Shown here: one piece after another, positions 12,561 to 26,559 of the stretch
How positions within the stretch are numbered: the first letter of the stretch is position 1
Layout: the number at the start of each line of letters is the position of its first letter
Origin: Cetorhinus maximus
Lineage: Eukaryota
DNA length: 64,000 nt
Assembly: GCF_964194155.1 (NCBI RefSeq)
Contig: NC_135882.1
Coordinates: forward strand, 67,022,001-67,086,000
Direction of reading: 5' to 3'
Notes under the pieces: generated by a model
Databases searched by the model: none
Told to the model about the DNA's origin: nothing
Seen by the model: only the letters and a program-made list of their open reading frames with translations
Position numbers and translations under genes: made by a program

Positions 12561-13154
12561 ATTGGTTGCTCATCCTGTTCGATGACTTCACCGTTCCTTG
12601 ATGCCAGAGGTCACCTGTCGCTGGTGCCAGAATGAAATTGACATTGTTTTCGGGGAAATCAAGGCCACAGAGCTCGCTGGATCTTTTGGGCAGTCATCTT
12701 CAAGGTCAATGGCAGAAACTGTGCCTTCATCGCTGACTGCACCATCCAGGCCATTGAACTTGAATGTCAAAGACTGAGGATTTTTTTCCTCATTTTTCTT
12801 CTCTGCTTTGTATGATTTTTCATCTAATGTTTGAATCAATAGAATTGATTTTCATCTTCCGCTCTGTCTATATTCAATGTCTTAAAAGCTACAAATCCCA
12901 CCTGAAAGGTCAAGTACAAGTAGAACTCAATTCTCTGTATAAACTCATTTGAATAATTACTCACAATGGAAGGTATCAGCTTAGACAGGTGTAGTGAAAG
13001 GAAAATTGTACATAGGTGAAACTTAAAGGGATGAGGCAAGTAAAAGGCAATTTCACCATGTTGGGGGACTAAAATTCACATTTTTGGGTGGTTTTAAAAG
13101 TTTACCATTCCATCAGAAGACTTTGCAAGGCTGAAAAAGTGGAGGATGAAAGTG

Positions 13155-13915
13155 GCAGCAATATGCATTTATATAGTACCTGTTAATGTAGGAAAAAAAC
13201 CCAAGGACCATCACATGCAAAGGAAAATGTGATGCCAATCAATGAAGACGGTATTAGGAGAGGTAACAAAAACCTGGTCAAAGAGGTAGGCTTTAATGAA
13301 AGTCTTAAAAGTAGAGAGGGATATGGAGAGGCAGAGCAGTTTACAGTGGGATTTTCAGAGCATGGGTCTAAATGAGTGAAGGCACAGCTGCGAAATGCAT
13401 ACAAAGCCAGAGCATTATGAAGTCAGAGGTCTTGAGTGGGGTAGGGGGTGTGATGATGGTGGATAGTGGATGTACATTAGAGGAGTTTACTGAGATCATG
13501 AAGGCTTTAAATACAGGATGAAATTCTTAAGTTTGAGGCATTTTGCGATTGGGAGCCAAAATAGGTTTCTGAGGACAGACAGATGGGACTTGTTGTGGGA
13601 TAGAAAGTGGATGGCAGACTTTTAGATGAACTGAGCTTTATGAAGGGAAGAGGATAGATGTTTGATCAGGAGATCATTAAAGTAATCAAACCCACAGCTG
13701 ACGGAATGGAGGAGTGCATGAAGAGATGCTTTGGCTATGATCAGATAGGCAACAGTGAAACTAAGCAAGGAAAGTTGTGTTGAGAGGAACAATGGGTGAG
13801 AGGCATTGGAAAAACATCATGTGATTGAATGTATCAAAGGCTGCAGGGAAAATAAAGAAGAATGATACATTGGGAATGTCATTTGTGACTTTTGGTTTAG
13901 GTCATTTTCAGTGCT
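13155..13915 (-). mobile_element. L2-like LINE 3' remnant
   Basis: Begins with the reverse-complemented L2-type tail gcatttatatagtacct; similar to 52965-54560. Confidence 0.5.
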
Positions 13916-13919
13916 GTGA

Positions 13920-14536
13920 GAGGGCTTGTGGCATCAGCATTTCTCAGTGGACCTGGGCACATATATCCTCACTGTTCCTGAGCACTATTTGCCCTCAGGC
14001 TTCCCTGTTTCACGGTCTTCTGGAAACTGCAGAACTGGAGGCCTGTCGTCTGGGTGTAGCACTGCACATATCTTGCCAGAGCTGGAAGTTTTCGATGTGC
14101 TTCTAGCACTGCACCCACATCCTGCTTGCCGCATTGTAACTGATCACTTCCTGAGCCACCTCCATCCATGCTTGCTTTGTCTGGCTCGCTGGTCTCCATC
14201 TGCCACTCTGTCAAAACAGAACCTCCTCCAAGCTGCCACACTTCTAACAGCGCCTTCAGGGAAGCCTCGGCAAATTGTGGCACTACCTTCCATTGGTGCA
14301 TGCCATGCTGCGTTCCGTTCTGTGCTATCATCCAAAATCACAGCTTTAAATTGGGCTGCCATGCCTACATCACCCTTCCTCTTTGCGCTTACCACCATTA
14401 ATTGAATGGGGAACGCATCAATGTGGCATTAATTGGCCGCCTGCAGTTGGACTTCTGGCAGTGATGTGGAGTAGGGTCAGGACCGAGTTGATGTTTCTGA
14501 CATCATGGTCCTGGCCCTGGCATAAAAATTCAGCCC
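13920..14536 (+). mobile_element. Degenerate Harbinger right end with Myb/SANT exon remnant
   Basis: TIR AAAAATTCAGCCC ending at 14536; minus-strand PQFAEASLKALLEV remnant. Confidence 0.65.
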
Positions 14537-14649
14537 ATGATTTCCCATGACTCATTACATTCATAACTAACTGGGAGCTTACCCTCTAAAGGTGGTAAAG
14601 GCTTCTTCTCTCAGGAACTTGCCACGTTCCCTTTAAATTAGCTAAATGA

Positions 14650-14880
14650 TTATAACAATTCCACATTTACCATCTCAGCACTTCGTTCCAGAATGCAATG
14701 ACTCCATAAACAAATATATATTCTGGCATATATCCAAACTCTCTGCCTATAGATTTGACGGCAATTTCCTCTAGTCCTATTATCATTTTCTATTTCAAAT
14801 AAACCTTCTAAACTGACTGCCCGTAATCCCCTCATCATTTTAAGTATTTCAGTCATATCCCCTTTAAGCTGATATTTCTT
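14650..14880 (-). mobile_element. Old CR1 3' fragment
   Basis: LKGDMTEILKMMRGL...LFE...RTRG is the CR1 ORF2 C-terminal motif. Confidence 0.65.
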
Positions 14881-14960
14881 CAAAGTGTGACAGCGGAAAG
14901 CTCCACCTGTCATTAATCTTTAGAAAATTATGCGCAGTGCCTGCCTGAAATTCTGACTAT

Positions 14961-15088
14961 GGCCAGGATTTTACAGCCCCTCCAGCCCGGCGGGATATTA
15001 TGGTCCCGCCGAACTGAATGGAGATTTAAATGGCTTGTCACATCCACCAGGGGGAGACACACCATGGTGGGGTCGTAAAACCCTGGCC
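14961..15088. mobile_element. 128-bp Harbinger-type MITE
   Basis: TIRs GGCCAGGATTTTAC / GTAAAACCCTGGCC; flanks TAT/TCT. Confidence 0.8.
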
Positions 15089-15733
15089 TCTGTATTCTCA
15101 GTAGGTGGGGCTTCTTGCTGGCAACACAAAGTCAGAAAATGACCCCTTTGATATCATCATTTGCACTCTCATCCAGGCATCTGATACAACTCTGTGCCAA
15201 TAGATTTTATTGCAATAACCTCTGGTACTATCATCCTTATTCATTTCAAATCTAACTGGACTGCCTCCAATTCCCTTGTCATTTAAAAGCTAAAATTTGA
15301 TCCCATTTAAGTTTGCATTTTGTCAAATAAAATAATCATAATTCTTAAAACATATTGCGTTTCTCAACAAGTGCTTGCTGAGAATGACACTCCCTGCTTG
15401 GAGTGCTGGCTCATTGAGTCAACTGTAATGTCCTTGCAACTTTAGTATTGCGTTCACATCCAGGCAAGAATACAAATGCTGGGGAAAATTGGCAAGTTGC
15501 TGAAAGCTCCACACATCTGATGACCAATGTAACAGACTTTTTTACTTGCACAAAAGTGTGCGTTGGAAAAAATATTCAGCCATCATCTGCTGTTCTGATT
15601 GCATTTGCTTACTTTAACTATAAGCTTGGAATATTTTGTTTTTGCTTCAGTCATTGAATCGGTTTTGTATATTGTAGAGGATGCAGGGCAAATTTATGCT
15701 ATGTTTAAATTCACTCTCCCTCTCTGTTTGCAG

Positions 15734-15895
15734 ATCCCGTGTTTGTGCAGTAGTGCTCCATGCCTGGTGTGCTCATGTTGTCCAACTGGGCGAACTTCCA
15801 TAGTAACACGATTGGTGTACACAACTATTTTGTTGCTTGGTACAACTGTTGCTGGTATTATGCTTGTACCTGCTGTAGAAGATCAGTTGAGGAAG
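15734..15895 (+). CDS. serinc3: SERINC1/3-like coding exon 2
   Basis: ttgcag|[54 protein letters not shown]|gtatga; 162 nt; the Cys-rich SERINC N-terminus plus TM1. Confidence 0.95.
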
Positions 15896-15999
15896 GTATG
15901 ATATAGGATTAAGCTTTGATAATAAATTACTTGTCTGAATTAATAAGATATGGAGGAAAATGACTCCAGGTGTAGTGTTTAAAGAAGCACAGACTTCAT

Positions 16000-16548
16000 G
16001 GGCAGGATTTTTCGTTGAGCGGGCGGGCGCGTGCCCGACCTGCTTGAGTGTAAAATGACGCGCGATGACGTAGGGCGTGCATTGATGTGTAGTAGAGTGG
16101 GCACGTGCGGGAATTGACAGCGCGCCCACTGATGATTAAAAGATCCTATTAAGGGCATTAACAATGTAATTGAATTAATTTTTTCGCTGCCCATCCATGG
16201 TTAGCGGGCAGGTAAAAAGACCAAATGGCCTTTGCGTTTTTGCGAAACCTCATCCACAGGTGTCATTAAAAAAAAAATTCATCCTAATTTCTAAATTGTC
16301 CCTGCTCAACATGAACAGGACCAAGTTAGAAATTAGGATGAAATTAAAGGTTGTTAACATTTTAAAAATCTTTATTTTTAATTTTCAAACCTCTTCATCT
16401 CCCTAAGGCAGCTTAGGGAATCGTGAAGCGCATGCGCCAGCGTGAAATTGCGGTTCGGCCCTAATCGTGGGTGGCGGTCGGCAGTTGGCTTCCCGATCGC
16501 TCCTGTCTGCCCCCACCGAGCCTGCCCAACAAGGGAAAAATCCTGGCC
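16000..16548. mobile_element. Harbinger-derived MITE
   Basis: TIRs GGGCAGGATTTTT / AAAAATCCTGGCC; subterminal gtaaaatgacgcgcgatgacgt shared with the left end of the element at 42933. Confidence 0.85.
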
Positions 16549-16969
16549 ATAAAATTGTTTGGCTGATTAAGCTCATTGGGTCCAATTCTATGCTCAAAGT
16601 AGATAGCAGTACTTGCAGGGAGTCCATCATGAAAAATCATAGGTGCACAGAGCCTGTTCTGTCATCTGTTGCCGTACCATTTGTGTGCTGAGCTTTCCTG
16701 TAATGGCCTTCCTATCAGTGCTGTTCCCTGCTCAAAGTACAAGAGCCTAATATAATGACATGAAAGTTATTTCCAATTTTAGGAAGCTGGCGGGGGTTTC
16801 TTCCCAGGTGGAAATTACCCCTAAAAGTAAGCAATCATTTAAAAATTATCCCAAAAATACACCAAATCACTTTTGTGTGATATTGTCATCACAAAAATGA
16901 TGCACAATCTTCTTGCTTATCTTCCTCCTCAAAAAAATACTTCCCAAATATGTTTTATGAAGATAATAG

Positions 16970-19900
16970 CACAAAAGAATGCAAGAACTAGAAGTAGCAA
17001 TAGGCCATTCAGCCCCTTGAACCTGCTTTGCCATTTGATAAAATCATGGTTGACCTGATTGTGGCCTCAACCCCACTTTCCTGTCTGTCCCCCTCATAAC
17101 CCTTGACTCCCTTGTTGATCAAAAATCCATCTAACTCAGCCCTGAATATATTCAATGACCCAGCTTCCATTGCTCTCTGGAGAAGAGAATTCCACAGACT
17201 AGTGACCCTTTGAAAGAAAAAAATTCTCCTCATCTTTATAAATGGGAGACCCCTAATTTTTAATCTGAGTTCCTAATGCTACACTCCCCACCAAGGCAAA
17301 AAAAACATTCTCTCAGCATCTACTTCGTGTAGTCCCCTCGGGATTTTATATATTTCAATAAGATCACCTCTCATTCTTCTAAATTCTAATGGGCAAAGGC
17401 TCAAGCTGCTCAACCTTTCCTCATTAGAAAACAATTTCATCTCAGGAACCAGGCTAGCGAACTTTCTCTGAATAGCTTCTAAAGCAATTATATCCTTTCT
17501 TAAGTGAGGAGATCAGAATTATACACAGTACTCCAGATGCGGTCATACTGAGGCCCTGTACAGCTGTAGCAATATTCCTTTTGATTCCCCTTGCAATAAA
17601 TTCCAACATTCCATTTGCCTTCCTAACCACTTGCTTACCTGTGTGCTAATTATTTTGTGACTCATATACCAGGACACCCATATTCCTATGCAATGTAGAA
17701 GTTCTGTAGTTTCTTACCATTTATACAATATGCTGCTTTATTATTCTTCCTGCCAAAGTGGACAAGTTCACATTTTCCCACATTATACTCCAAATGCCAA
17801 AGTTTTGCCCACTCACGTATCTTACGTAAATCCCTTTGTAGACTCTTTATGTTCTCTTGACAACTTACTGTCCTACCTATCTTTATGTCATTAACAAATT
17901 TAGCAACCATACATTTGGTCCCTTCATCCAAGTCATTAATATAGATTGTAAATAGTTGAGGCCCCAGCACTAATCCTTGTGGCATTCTACCAATAACAGC
18001 TTGCCAACCAAAAATGACCATTTATCTCTGCTCTCTGCTTCCTGTTCACTAACTAATCCTCTATCCATGCCAATACGTCACTGCCTACACCATGAGCTCT
18101 AATTTTGAGAAATAACCTTTGATGTGGTACCTTATCTAATGCCTTTTGGAAATCCAAGCACAGCACATTACAGGTTCCCTGTTATGCATCTTTCTTGTTA
18201 CTTCCTGAAAGAACTTTTATAAAAGAACTCGTATTAAATTGGTCAAACAAGATTTCACCACATTACAGGTTCCGCTTTATCCGCCTTGCTTGTTACTTCC
18301 TCAAATAACTCGTACAAAAATTGGTCAAACGTGATTTCCCTTTTACAAGACCATGTTGACTCTGTCTGATTGTATTATGATTCTCTAAATATCCTGCTAT
18401 TACCTCCTTAATAATAGATTCTAGCTGTTAGGCTAACTGGTCTATAGTTTCCTGTCTCCCTCCTTTTTTGAATAGAGGTGTCATATTTTCCAATCCACTG
18501 GGACCCTTCCATAATCTAGGCAATTTTGGAAGATCACAACCAATGCAGTTATGATAGGCAGTGTTATGACCATAATTGGTGCTAATTGCTGCGCAAACCA
18601 AATCCCAGAGGGAAACTTAGCTTACAGGCCATACCCTTTTTTATTTGTATGCTGAAAATGAGAAGAAGACATACTGATCTCAGCAGTAAGAGGTCCAGTA
18701 ACACTTTTGGGATTTTAAAAATTAAAAGTAAAAAATTATTAACAAGAATAAAAGAAAACTTAAGCACAGAAGATTACAGTTCCACAGTTAAACTTAGGCT
18801 TAGAACTCATTCCCCCCAAAAAGACTGTCCACTTGGTCAGACCTATAAGTAAACACCTTCCAGTTAACACTCCCTTATAGATTTTTAACAAAAGAAATCC
18901 AATGATATTACCCAAGGCAAACTGCTGTAGCTTCAATAAAGGCATACCTGTAACTCGCTTCCACTCTTCCGTGGAAACCAAACTTCAGAATAAAACTGCT
19001 TTTTGCAGCCCAAAACATTTCTGGCTTAGCTGGCTGGTTCAAATAGCATCCCTTCCCAGCCCAAAGCTAACAGCTCAAACAGCTCCAGTTGTTTATCTCA
19101 CAACTCAAAAGCAGCTCCAGCTATAGCTATCCCCAGCTATCCCTCACAGCTCCACATTAACTCTAAAATATCTTTTTTTACCCCTTTCATCTCCAGTTCC
19201 ATTGTTCTCACACCTCTTTGAAACTCGAACCCTTCCAGATATAAAATCTTTCATGTTTCCATCTTGTCTTTGCTTTTGAATCAATAAAATATAATATCCC
19301 CCTTCTATTTACTTATGGAACTCCTACAAGATGCAAACATGTTTCTTGTCACTTCTGACTCCCCATTGCTATTCAAACAAACTCTCAGCTTATCTAAATA
19401 TGCAAATGTTAGGTCTAACCTACTTACTTGTACCTCAACCTAACATCCCTATCCTTCTCATGTTTTAAACCTCCCCAGACAACCTGGCTCCTATTAATCT
19501 CTACCCAGCTTAATTAAAGCATACACACACACACAGACACACACACACACAGATACACGCACACCATTTTTCACAGGATAACACAATATTCCCCAGCAGC
19601 TACTTCTTTTAAGACTGTAGGATGCAGGCCATCAGGTGCAGGGAACTTGCTAGCCTTTAGCTCTAATAGTTTTACTAGTACCTTTTTCCCTGGTGATTGT
19701 TTTAAGTTACTCCCTCCCCGTTACCTCTTGATTTTCAAATATTCTTGGGGTGTTATTTGTGTCTTCTACAGTGAAGACAGACACAAATTGCCTGTTTAAT
19801 GCTTCTACCATCTCCATGCTTCCCATTATTAATTCCCCAGTCTCACCCTCTAAGGGACCAATGCTCACTTTAGCCACTCTTTCCTTCTTTAACTACTTGT

Positions 19901-20280
19901 AGAGACTCTAGCTGTTTCTTTTATTTCCAGCTAGCTTTTCCTCATACTCTAATTTCTCCCTTTTTTTTAGTCATTTTTTGCTGGTTTCTAAAATCTGTCT
20001 AATCTCCTGATTTACCATTAATCTTTGCAGTATTATACGCTTTTTCTTTCAATTTGATAATATCCTTAACTTCCTTAGCAATGGATGGTGCACCCCCCAT
20101 ATAGTCTTTCTTTCTTAATGAAATATATATTTGCTGAGAGTTATGAAATATCTCTTTTAATGCCTAGTACTGCTCCTCTGCTGTGCTACCTTTTAACCTA
20201 TGTTCACAGTTCACTTTAGCCAACTCTATCTTCATACCCTTGTAATTGCCTTTATATAAGTTTAAGATACTAAGTTCAGC
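16970..20280 (-). mobile_element. CR1 LINE (ORF2 RT region and 3' end), interrupted by an LTR-like insert at 18562-19583
   Basis: PQGLVLGPQLFTIYINDL...VAKFVND (RT), FFQRVTSLWNSL; CR1 tail near 16980; CR1 sequence resumes near 19595. Confidence 0.9.
18562..19583. mobile_element. Solo-LTR-like element
   Basis: TGTTA...TAACA termini; interrupts a CR1; shares AATCCCAGAGGGAAACTT with 40647-41402; no clear TSD. Confidence 0.6.
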
Positions 20281-22181
20281 AGCCTTCAAATGCCTCTCAT
20301 TGTTAATGCCCAAGTATCGAATCTCAGCACACTATCTTATCTCATTACATTGATTAAAGACAAAGATTAAGTGGACTGTGAAAAATATCACAATGAGGTG
20401 CACTTTATAAAATCCCATCTAAAAGAATGTCGGTCAAGTTCAAAGCTTGGGAGATTCAGAGTAAACCTTGAAAAGCATAATAAAATGTCAGCTTTGAAGG
20501 AAACAACAGCCATCTTGTTAGAGCATGCTTGTTAGGACTGGAGATACTGAGGGGAGTGTTTGCAGGAGTTCATTAAGAAGATTATTGTTTCTCATTTATA
20601 TCTATGACTGTGATTCATAAATGGAATGTCTCAGATTTGTTGATAACCAAACTAAGAGGGACAGTGGAGTTAAAGAAGGCAGCTCAGAAGCTACATAATG
20701 ACAACAACAACAATATCTGGAAAAACTCAACAGGTCTGACAGCTACATAATGAGTTGGACAGAGTGGGGAGTTGAAAATTCACAGACCTTTTAATACACA
20801 CATAGAATCATACAGCACAGAAGGAAGCTATTTGGCCCATTGTGCCAGTGCCAGCTCCTACGCCCAATCTCCTGCTCTTTCCCCATAGCCTGTAAGTCCA
20901 AAAGGAGTTGAGCAATGGGCCATAAGTTAGTTAGGATCTAGATACACTCAGTCACAGCTTTCCTGGCAGTTTCCATGAAGACTTGTCTGGGATGGAGTCG
21001 TCACCCACCCTAAGATGGTGACGTGAATTTGAGGCTGTCGTCAATACGTTCAGTAACAAAAGTTGCTTCTATAAGCAGTCTGTGCACCTTGGTCAAGAGT
21101 TTCCACTTTGGGAGCAATTGACGATCTGGGTGCAAATTGTGCTCAAAATTGCCCATTGTAAAACTTTTTGCTCAAGTTTCTGCTCAAGCACATTTGCATA
21201 CCACAGCATATAATATCATCCACGAACCAGTGAAATTGTCACTGTTATTGACAGTAATCTTAAAAGAACAAAATTACATAAAAATATTCCTTGATCTACT
21301 TAAGAGTGGTAACCTGGTGCGGTTTTATTAATGCAGCTCAAAGTGGGTTTATCACAAAATACAAGTATTTTTATTCAGAGAGCTTGGTTTATTATCTGAT
21401 TTTAAGTAACATAAAATAATTGTTAACAACTACTCAGAACCATTTACTGGTGACACCGGTGTACAGTAGTCAATATTCTAATAAATTAAAACAAATTTAA
21501 AAGTTGTTAAAATGTGCCTATTAATGCTCTTGCACCTTAAAGAGATTAATTTTAAGAGCGTCTTCGAAGGCTCGAAAAGAGGTGGAATTAGCTGAGACTA
21601 GCCATGCTGATGAATCCGATTTGGCGGCATGGTCAGTTTTGTAGGGGGTCGGGGGTTCAGGCCTGAATTATTGTCTGGACACCTGAAAAGGTAATACATG
21701 AAAAGATATTCATCCGCTTATAAATCCAGCTGATGAGAGCGCCTGGGTATTGGTCTGAAAGATGCACTGCTGCTTCCCTGGGATGGACAGCCAACCATAT
21801 GTTGGGTACATGTCACAAGATGCATCTCTAGTGCCAGGGCATCCATCTTTGTCAATCAAATTAGGTGACTGATGGACCTAGGAATTCTGCCACCAGTGCC
21901 CAGTGTCACAGGAATATGCATAATTGTATTCCTGCCAGGATAGATAACCAGCAGCTTTTCAAGTCCATATGCATATCGGCATAATGGGCAAATAAATTTA
22001 ATGCTTTCAAGTGTAAAGACTTCACGTAGAATTAAGGTGTGACACATGCTCCAGACATTCTGAGGATATGATGTATCTTTTTTTAACCAAATATAAGTAT
22101 ATATATTTCTAATTCTGTTTCCTTGATTACAAATGGTATTTCTTGTTAAACAAATAGCAACTCTCAAAAATTGCATTTCAG

Positions 22182-22372
22182 ATTCCAGGATTCTGCGAGA
22201 TTGGATACAATGCACAGCTCCCTGAGGTTAACCCTGTGATCTGCAGAGTCTTAGTTGGTTACAAGTCTGTGTATCGTATCTGCTTTGGAATGGCCACTTT
22301 CTTCCTGCTGTTAGCTCTGCTTATGATCAATGTGAGAAATAGCAAAGATCCCAGGGCTCTAGTACACAATGG
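22182..22372 (+). CDS. serinc3: SERINC1/3-like coding exon 3
   Basis: tttcag|[64 protein letters not shown]|gtaagt; 191 nt; hallmark GYK.VYR and KDPRA.VHNG motifs. Not in the ORF track. Confidence 0.95.
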
Positions 22373-22922
22373 GTAAGTCATTTTGTAAATTATTTTTGAA
22401 AGAGATTCTGTGGCAGAAACAAGTTTATAATGACTGCATTGGTCTCAAAAAGAAATTTTTTACTTATAGGGACTAAGCTTACAAAATCATGCTCTTGACA
22501 GAAACCCTTGTAGCACATATTGAAAATTGTAGTTCTTGATATGAGCTCAAGGATTACAAGGCTTTCTTCTGGGAGTGGGGAATTGGTAAAAATCAGCTTG
22601 TACTGCATTTTATTAAAGCTTACTTTCCTCAAGACAATGTATTGTACATTAGACTTTAATGATTGTATTTTAAAACTGTTTTATTATTTATCGGTAGCTA
22701 TCCATCATTTCCTCAAGAAGCAACTCTTAACATTAAAAGCAAATTAATTTTATTTAAAATTAAAATGTGTAAATTGCAATTGTCTTATTCTGATATATTT
22801 TTAGAATGAAATTAAATTGTAAAGAATATATTAAATTATTCAGGAATGTGCAAGAATGGAATGCAGTGGATACTACACAGAAATTTAAGACTTATGATTC
22901 CATTAACATTCTCTTTTTAAAG

Positions 22923-23002
22923 TTTCTGGTTATTCAAGTTTGGAGCACTTGTAGCAATAATGGTCGGTGCATTTTATATTCCTGAGGGACACTTCAGTCG
23001 AG
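22923..23002 (+). CDS. serinc3: SERINC1/3-like coding exon 4
   Basis: taaag|(G)FWLFKFGALVAIMVGAFYIPEGHFSR|gtaagt; 80 nt; phase 2 in, phase 1 out. Confidence 0.95.
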
Positions 23003-23624
23003 GTAAGTGAGAAATTGACAGAATTGCCCACTTTGAGTGGACTTAAGTGGACTTTTAAGTACCTTTACATTCAGTATTTGAAACCAAAATCTGTAAGGCT
23101 CACACTGATGAAAATAATGATAGCTTCTGCCAACAGTTGTCTGTGGGAATATTATAGCTTATTAAGTAACCTTTTAAGTGATTGCACTTCCAAAAAATAC
23201 TTGTGTTTCATGGAGGTGACATCATAATGGAAAACAGACAGAACGTTAACAAATGCATTTTATAGTGGCATTAGTTCCAATAATGTTTAACATTTGCAAT
23301 TAACTTTTGTCGTTTTAATTAGTTATATGCAGCAGATGTTGTACTCCAGAAAGCTAGTTGGTGAAGGATAGAACTGGAGCCAGCCTTTACACACTTCTAT
23401 AAACATTTATTTGCAGACATACGCATTACAAGCATGCACCTTCTTATCTAACAACCACAGTTTCAGTCTGTTCCTCTTTCTAGGGGCACAAGGGAATCCC
23501 CAGTTTATGCTCACCACCTGCATACAATTAAACACAACATATAATGAACAGCAGAAACAGAAAATATGCTGAGGTGCTATGCTGTTCAATCTAAAGTCAC
23601 TTACATTTGTAACTATAGCTCAGG

Positions 23625-24270
23625 GGGCTGAACTTTCCCCCCATTGGGTGGGGTTGTGTGGGGGCAGGCAAGAGCGAGCACAAACCTTATCGGCACCCCC
23701 GATTGGGTGCGCGCCGCCATTTTACGTGGGCGGGCCAATTTATGCGCAGGCGAGGGGGGGGATTCCTTGAGTCGGGGCCTGCGCTCTTTCGTGCGCAAAG
23801 AGCACAGAAATCTCCCGGAGGCACGGAGGTGTCTCAGGGAGATTAGCTCAAGTTCTGAAAAATTTAATAAAGGAAAAATAAATTTTAAGGACATGTCCTT
23901 GACATGAGCTCGGACATGTCCATTAATTTTTTCAAAAAGTTTTATTTAATAAATAAACCCTTCATGAAACCTCATCCCGCCCGTGGATGAGGTTTGATGA
24001 AAAATGCGAAGGCCGCCTGGGCTCTTTGCCTGCCCGCCAGCCTTAAGGTTGGATGGGCAGCATTCTTAACAACTTTAATTACTTTCTTAATGGCCTTAAT
24101 AGGACTTTGACAGTTCGGCGGGTGCACAGCCGACGCAGCTGCACGCCCGCCGAACTGATAATCTAAATGATGCGCGGTGACGTCGGGATGCCCGCCCGAT
24201 GTCACCGTGTGTCATTTTACTCGTTGGCGAGCGGGCCCCACCTCTGCTCACCGACTGGAAAATTCTTCCC
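23625..24270. mobile_element. Harbinger-derived MITE (same family as 60571-61271)
   Basis: TIRs GGGCTGAACTTTCC / GGAAAATTCTTCCC; flanks AGG/AGA; internal hairpin atgaaacctcatcc...ggatgaggttt. Confidence 0.85.
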
Positions 24271-25539
24271 AGAATCTTCAATTTGCCAACCCAATCATGG
24301 GAGATAAATTGTGCCCTACAGCTCCTCATTATCGTTCATTAAGTTACAAGCTTTCAATTTTCCAGACAGACATATTCAACCACCATATATAAAATTTAAA
24401 AGCAAGCCTGATAAACATTTATACCCTGAAATTCCTCATGGGTTTTGCTGATCTCCAGCCATATCTCCAGTAATAGACCAATGAAACTTTCAGGAAAATG
24501 GCAGAGTCTTGGTCTCTAGTTGTCTTTCAAAGGGCAGAACCTCTGACTGTATTTTGCAAATGATAGCCAGTGGAGTCAGGCAGAGGGATTTGCTACCTTG
24601 GGAGTTCTTGTTCCTTAAGTTGGACAGAGTACTAGTACATCAATGGAGCTTGGTACACTGAATGACATGATACGTGCTGGTTTCTACAAGGATGGAAGTG
24701 GGCCCCATCAGTGAGGTACAGGCAACTGGCCTGGAACTCCAAAGGAGAGATTTTTAAAAAATAGTTTGCAGATTAGTGCCCTTGCTCAGGGTGCTGAGGC
24801 AACCGTGGCTGGGGTTGGGGGCCTGGGCAACTCCAAGATGTGCAGACACTGGGATTACCATTTATCGGGCAGGTGGATGAAGGGGATGTGGCCGAAGTGA
24901 TGGCTGTACACACCTATCCCTTGCAATAAAGTATGTTCACACTGACCCTGCAGATTCCATAATTGCTGGGACGCCAAACTAAGGAGACCTCACAGTCCTA
25001 TTATAGAAGTAAAGTATCAGAACGTAAAAGCATAAGGAGCAAGAAATTGGATTTGTTACACCCATCTGTTTGATGCCATGAGCACCTTTGGAGTTCCAAA
25101 ATGATGTCTGCGGCTTGCGTACACACACTTTTGGGGAGAATAGCATCAGACACCCTATTGTTGAGAGTGCTGGTGCATGCACAGTGAATGGTTGCCAGAA
25201 ATATGCAGAGTAGGCTGATCATCAACATCACTCAGCATGCAACATTTGGGGCTGGTGGTGCCATTTTTGACCTCAATCCAGCTAATGCCCTATCTTAACA
25301 CACGTTCAGCAACTGGAAGGAAGCCCCCAAGTTCCCCAGCATCACTCATTAAAATTATAATCTCATTAAAAGTAACTGACTTCGTTACAGATTAGTTGCC
25401 GTTTGATTTCTTCTATCTATTGCTTCAATCCTAGAAGAGTTTGGTGGTTTCTAGTTCAAATTTGTAATTGTTTACAGGGAGTGGTGTGTCAGTGTTGAAG
25501 GACTTTTTGCTAACCTCAATGCTTCTGCACAAACCAGTT

Positions 25540-26430
25540 GTTCCTAAGCATGGGGTCACCAGTAGCTCTTTCCCTTGGAATACACCATGACTTGGAGAAT
25601 GAGCAGAAGCTACAGAGAACAGGAGAAGCAGCTGGAAGAGGGAGGAGGATTGGGAGAAAGGCTGTCAGTAGGGCTCTCATATCCATGTAGGGTGCTTATC
25701 AAGCACTTCTCCCAACTGAACCTTACTGAGGAGTGATTTGTGACACATCTGTGCTTCAGTAAAGTCGACCTCACTGAAATCTGCCACCTGCCTCATTCAC
25801 AACTGCGGCCTCAGAGCAGGGCAAGGACCACATTGCCAATGGTTGCAAGGGTGACCGCAGTATGTGTGTAGTACCATCCAAGTTACAGCTGGAGATACTT
25901 GCAACATCTTGCAGTTTGTCAACCACTCTTGCCTAAAGGAAATCACTGAGGCTCTGTATTCAATGAGAGCCAATTGCATTCAATCTCTCTTGCCAGAGAG
26001 AAGCAGGTGGAGCAAGCACACAGCTTAGCTAAAATTGCAGGCGCTCCCATGTTGCAGGGTGCTAATGACTACATGCATATCACTTTGTGGACAATGCATG
26101 TCAACTCTGTCATGTACTGGAACCAAAGGGAATTCCAGGCCCTCAACATCCAGCTTGTGTGCAACTATAGTCAATAAGTCATGGCTGGCCTGTTATCCTG
26201 GCAGAAGTCATGATCCCTTCATTCTGTGCAGTCTGCTTTGCCAGCTACATTTGAGCCATCACGGCAAATCTAGTGTGACCACTGGACTATCCACTGGCCA
26301 CATGGCTCATGACTCCTGTACGCAATCCATGCACGCATGCGGTCATACATACACTGAAAGCCATGCAGCTACACAAAATATGATACTGCACACCATTGGT
26401 ATACTGAAACAATGCTGCCCGGGCTATTCA
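25540..26430 (+). pseudogene. Degenerate Harbinger (HARBI1-like) transposase
   Basis: KIAGAPMLQGANDYMHITL, NQREFQALNIQLVC and ACYPGRSHDPFIL fragments spread over several frames. Confidence 0.8.
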
Positions 26431-26559
26431 GGCTTCTTGATGTCATATTCAGTTAAATGTTGCCTTGATGTCAAGGGCAGCATTCTTACCTTCCCCTCTT
26501 GAGTTCAGCTCTTTTTATCATGTTTTGACCAAAGCTGTAATGAGGTCAGCAGTGAGTGA

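Noticed and set aside
18160-18335. ~95-bp local duplication
   Set aside because: Lies within a dead CR1 copy; simple slippage or duplication with no functional implication.
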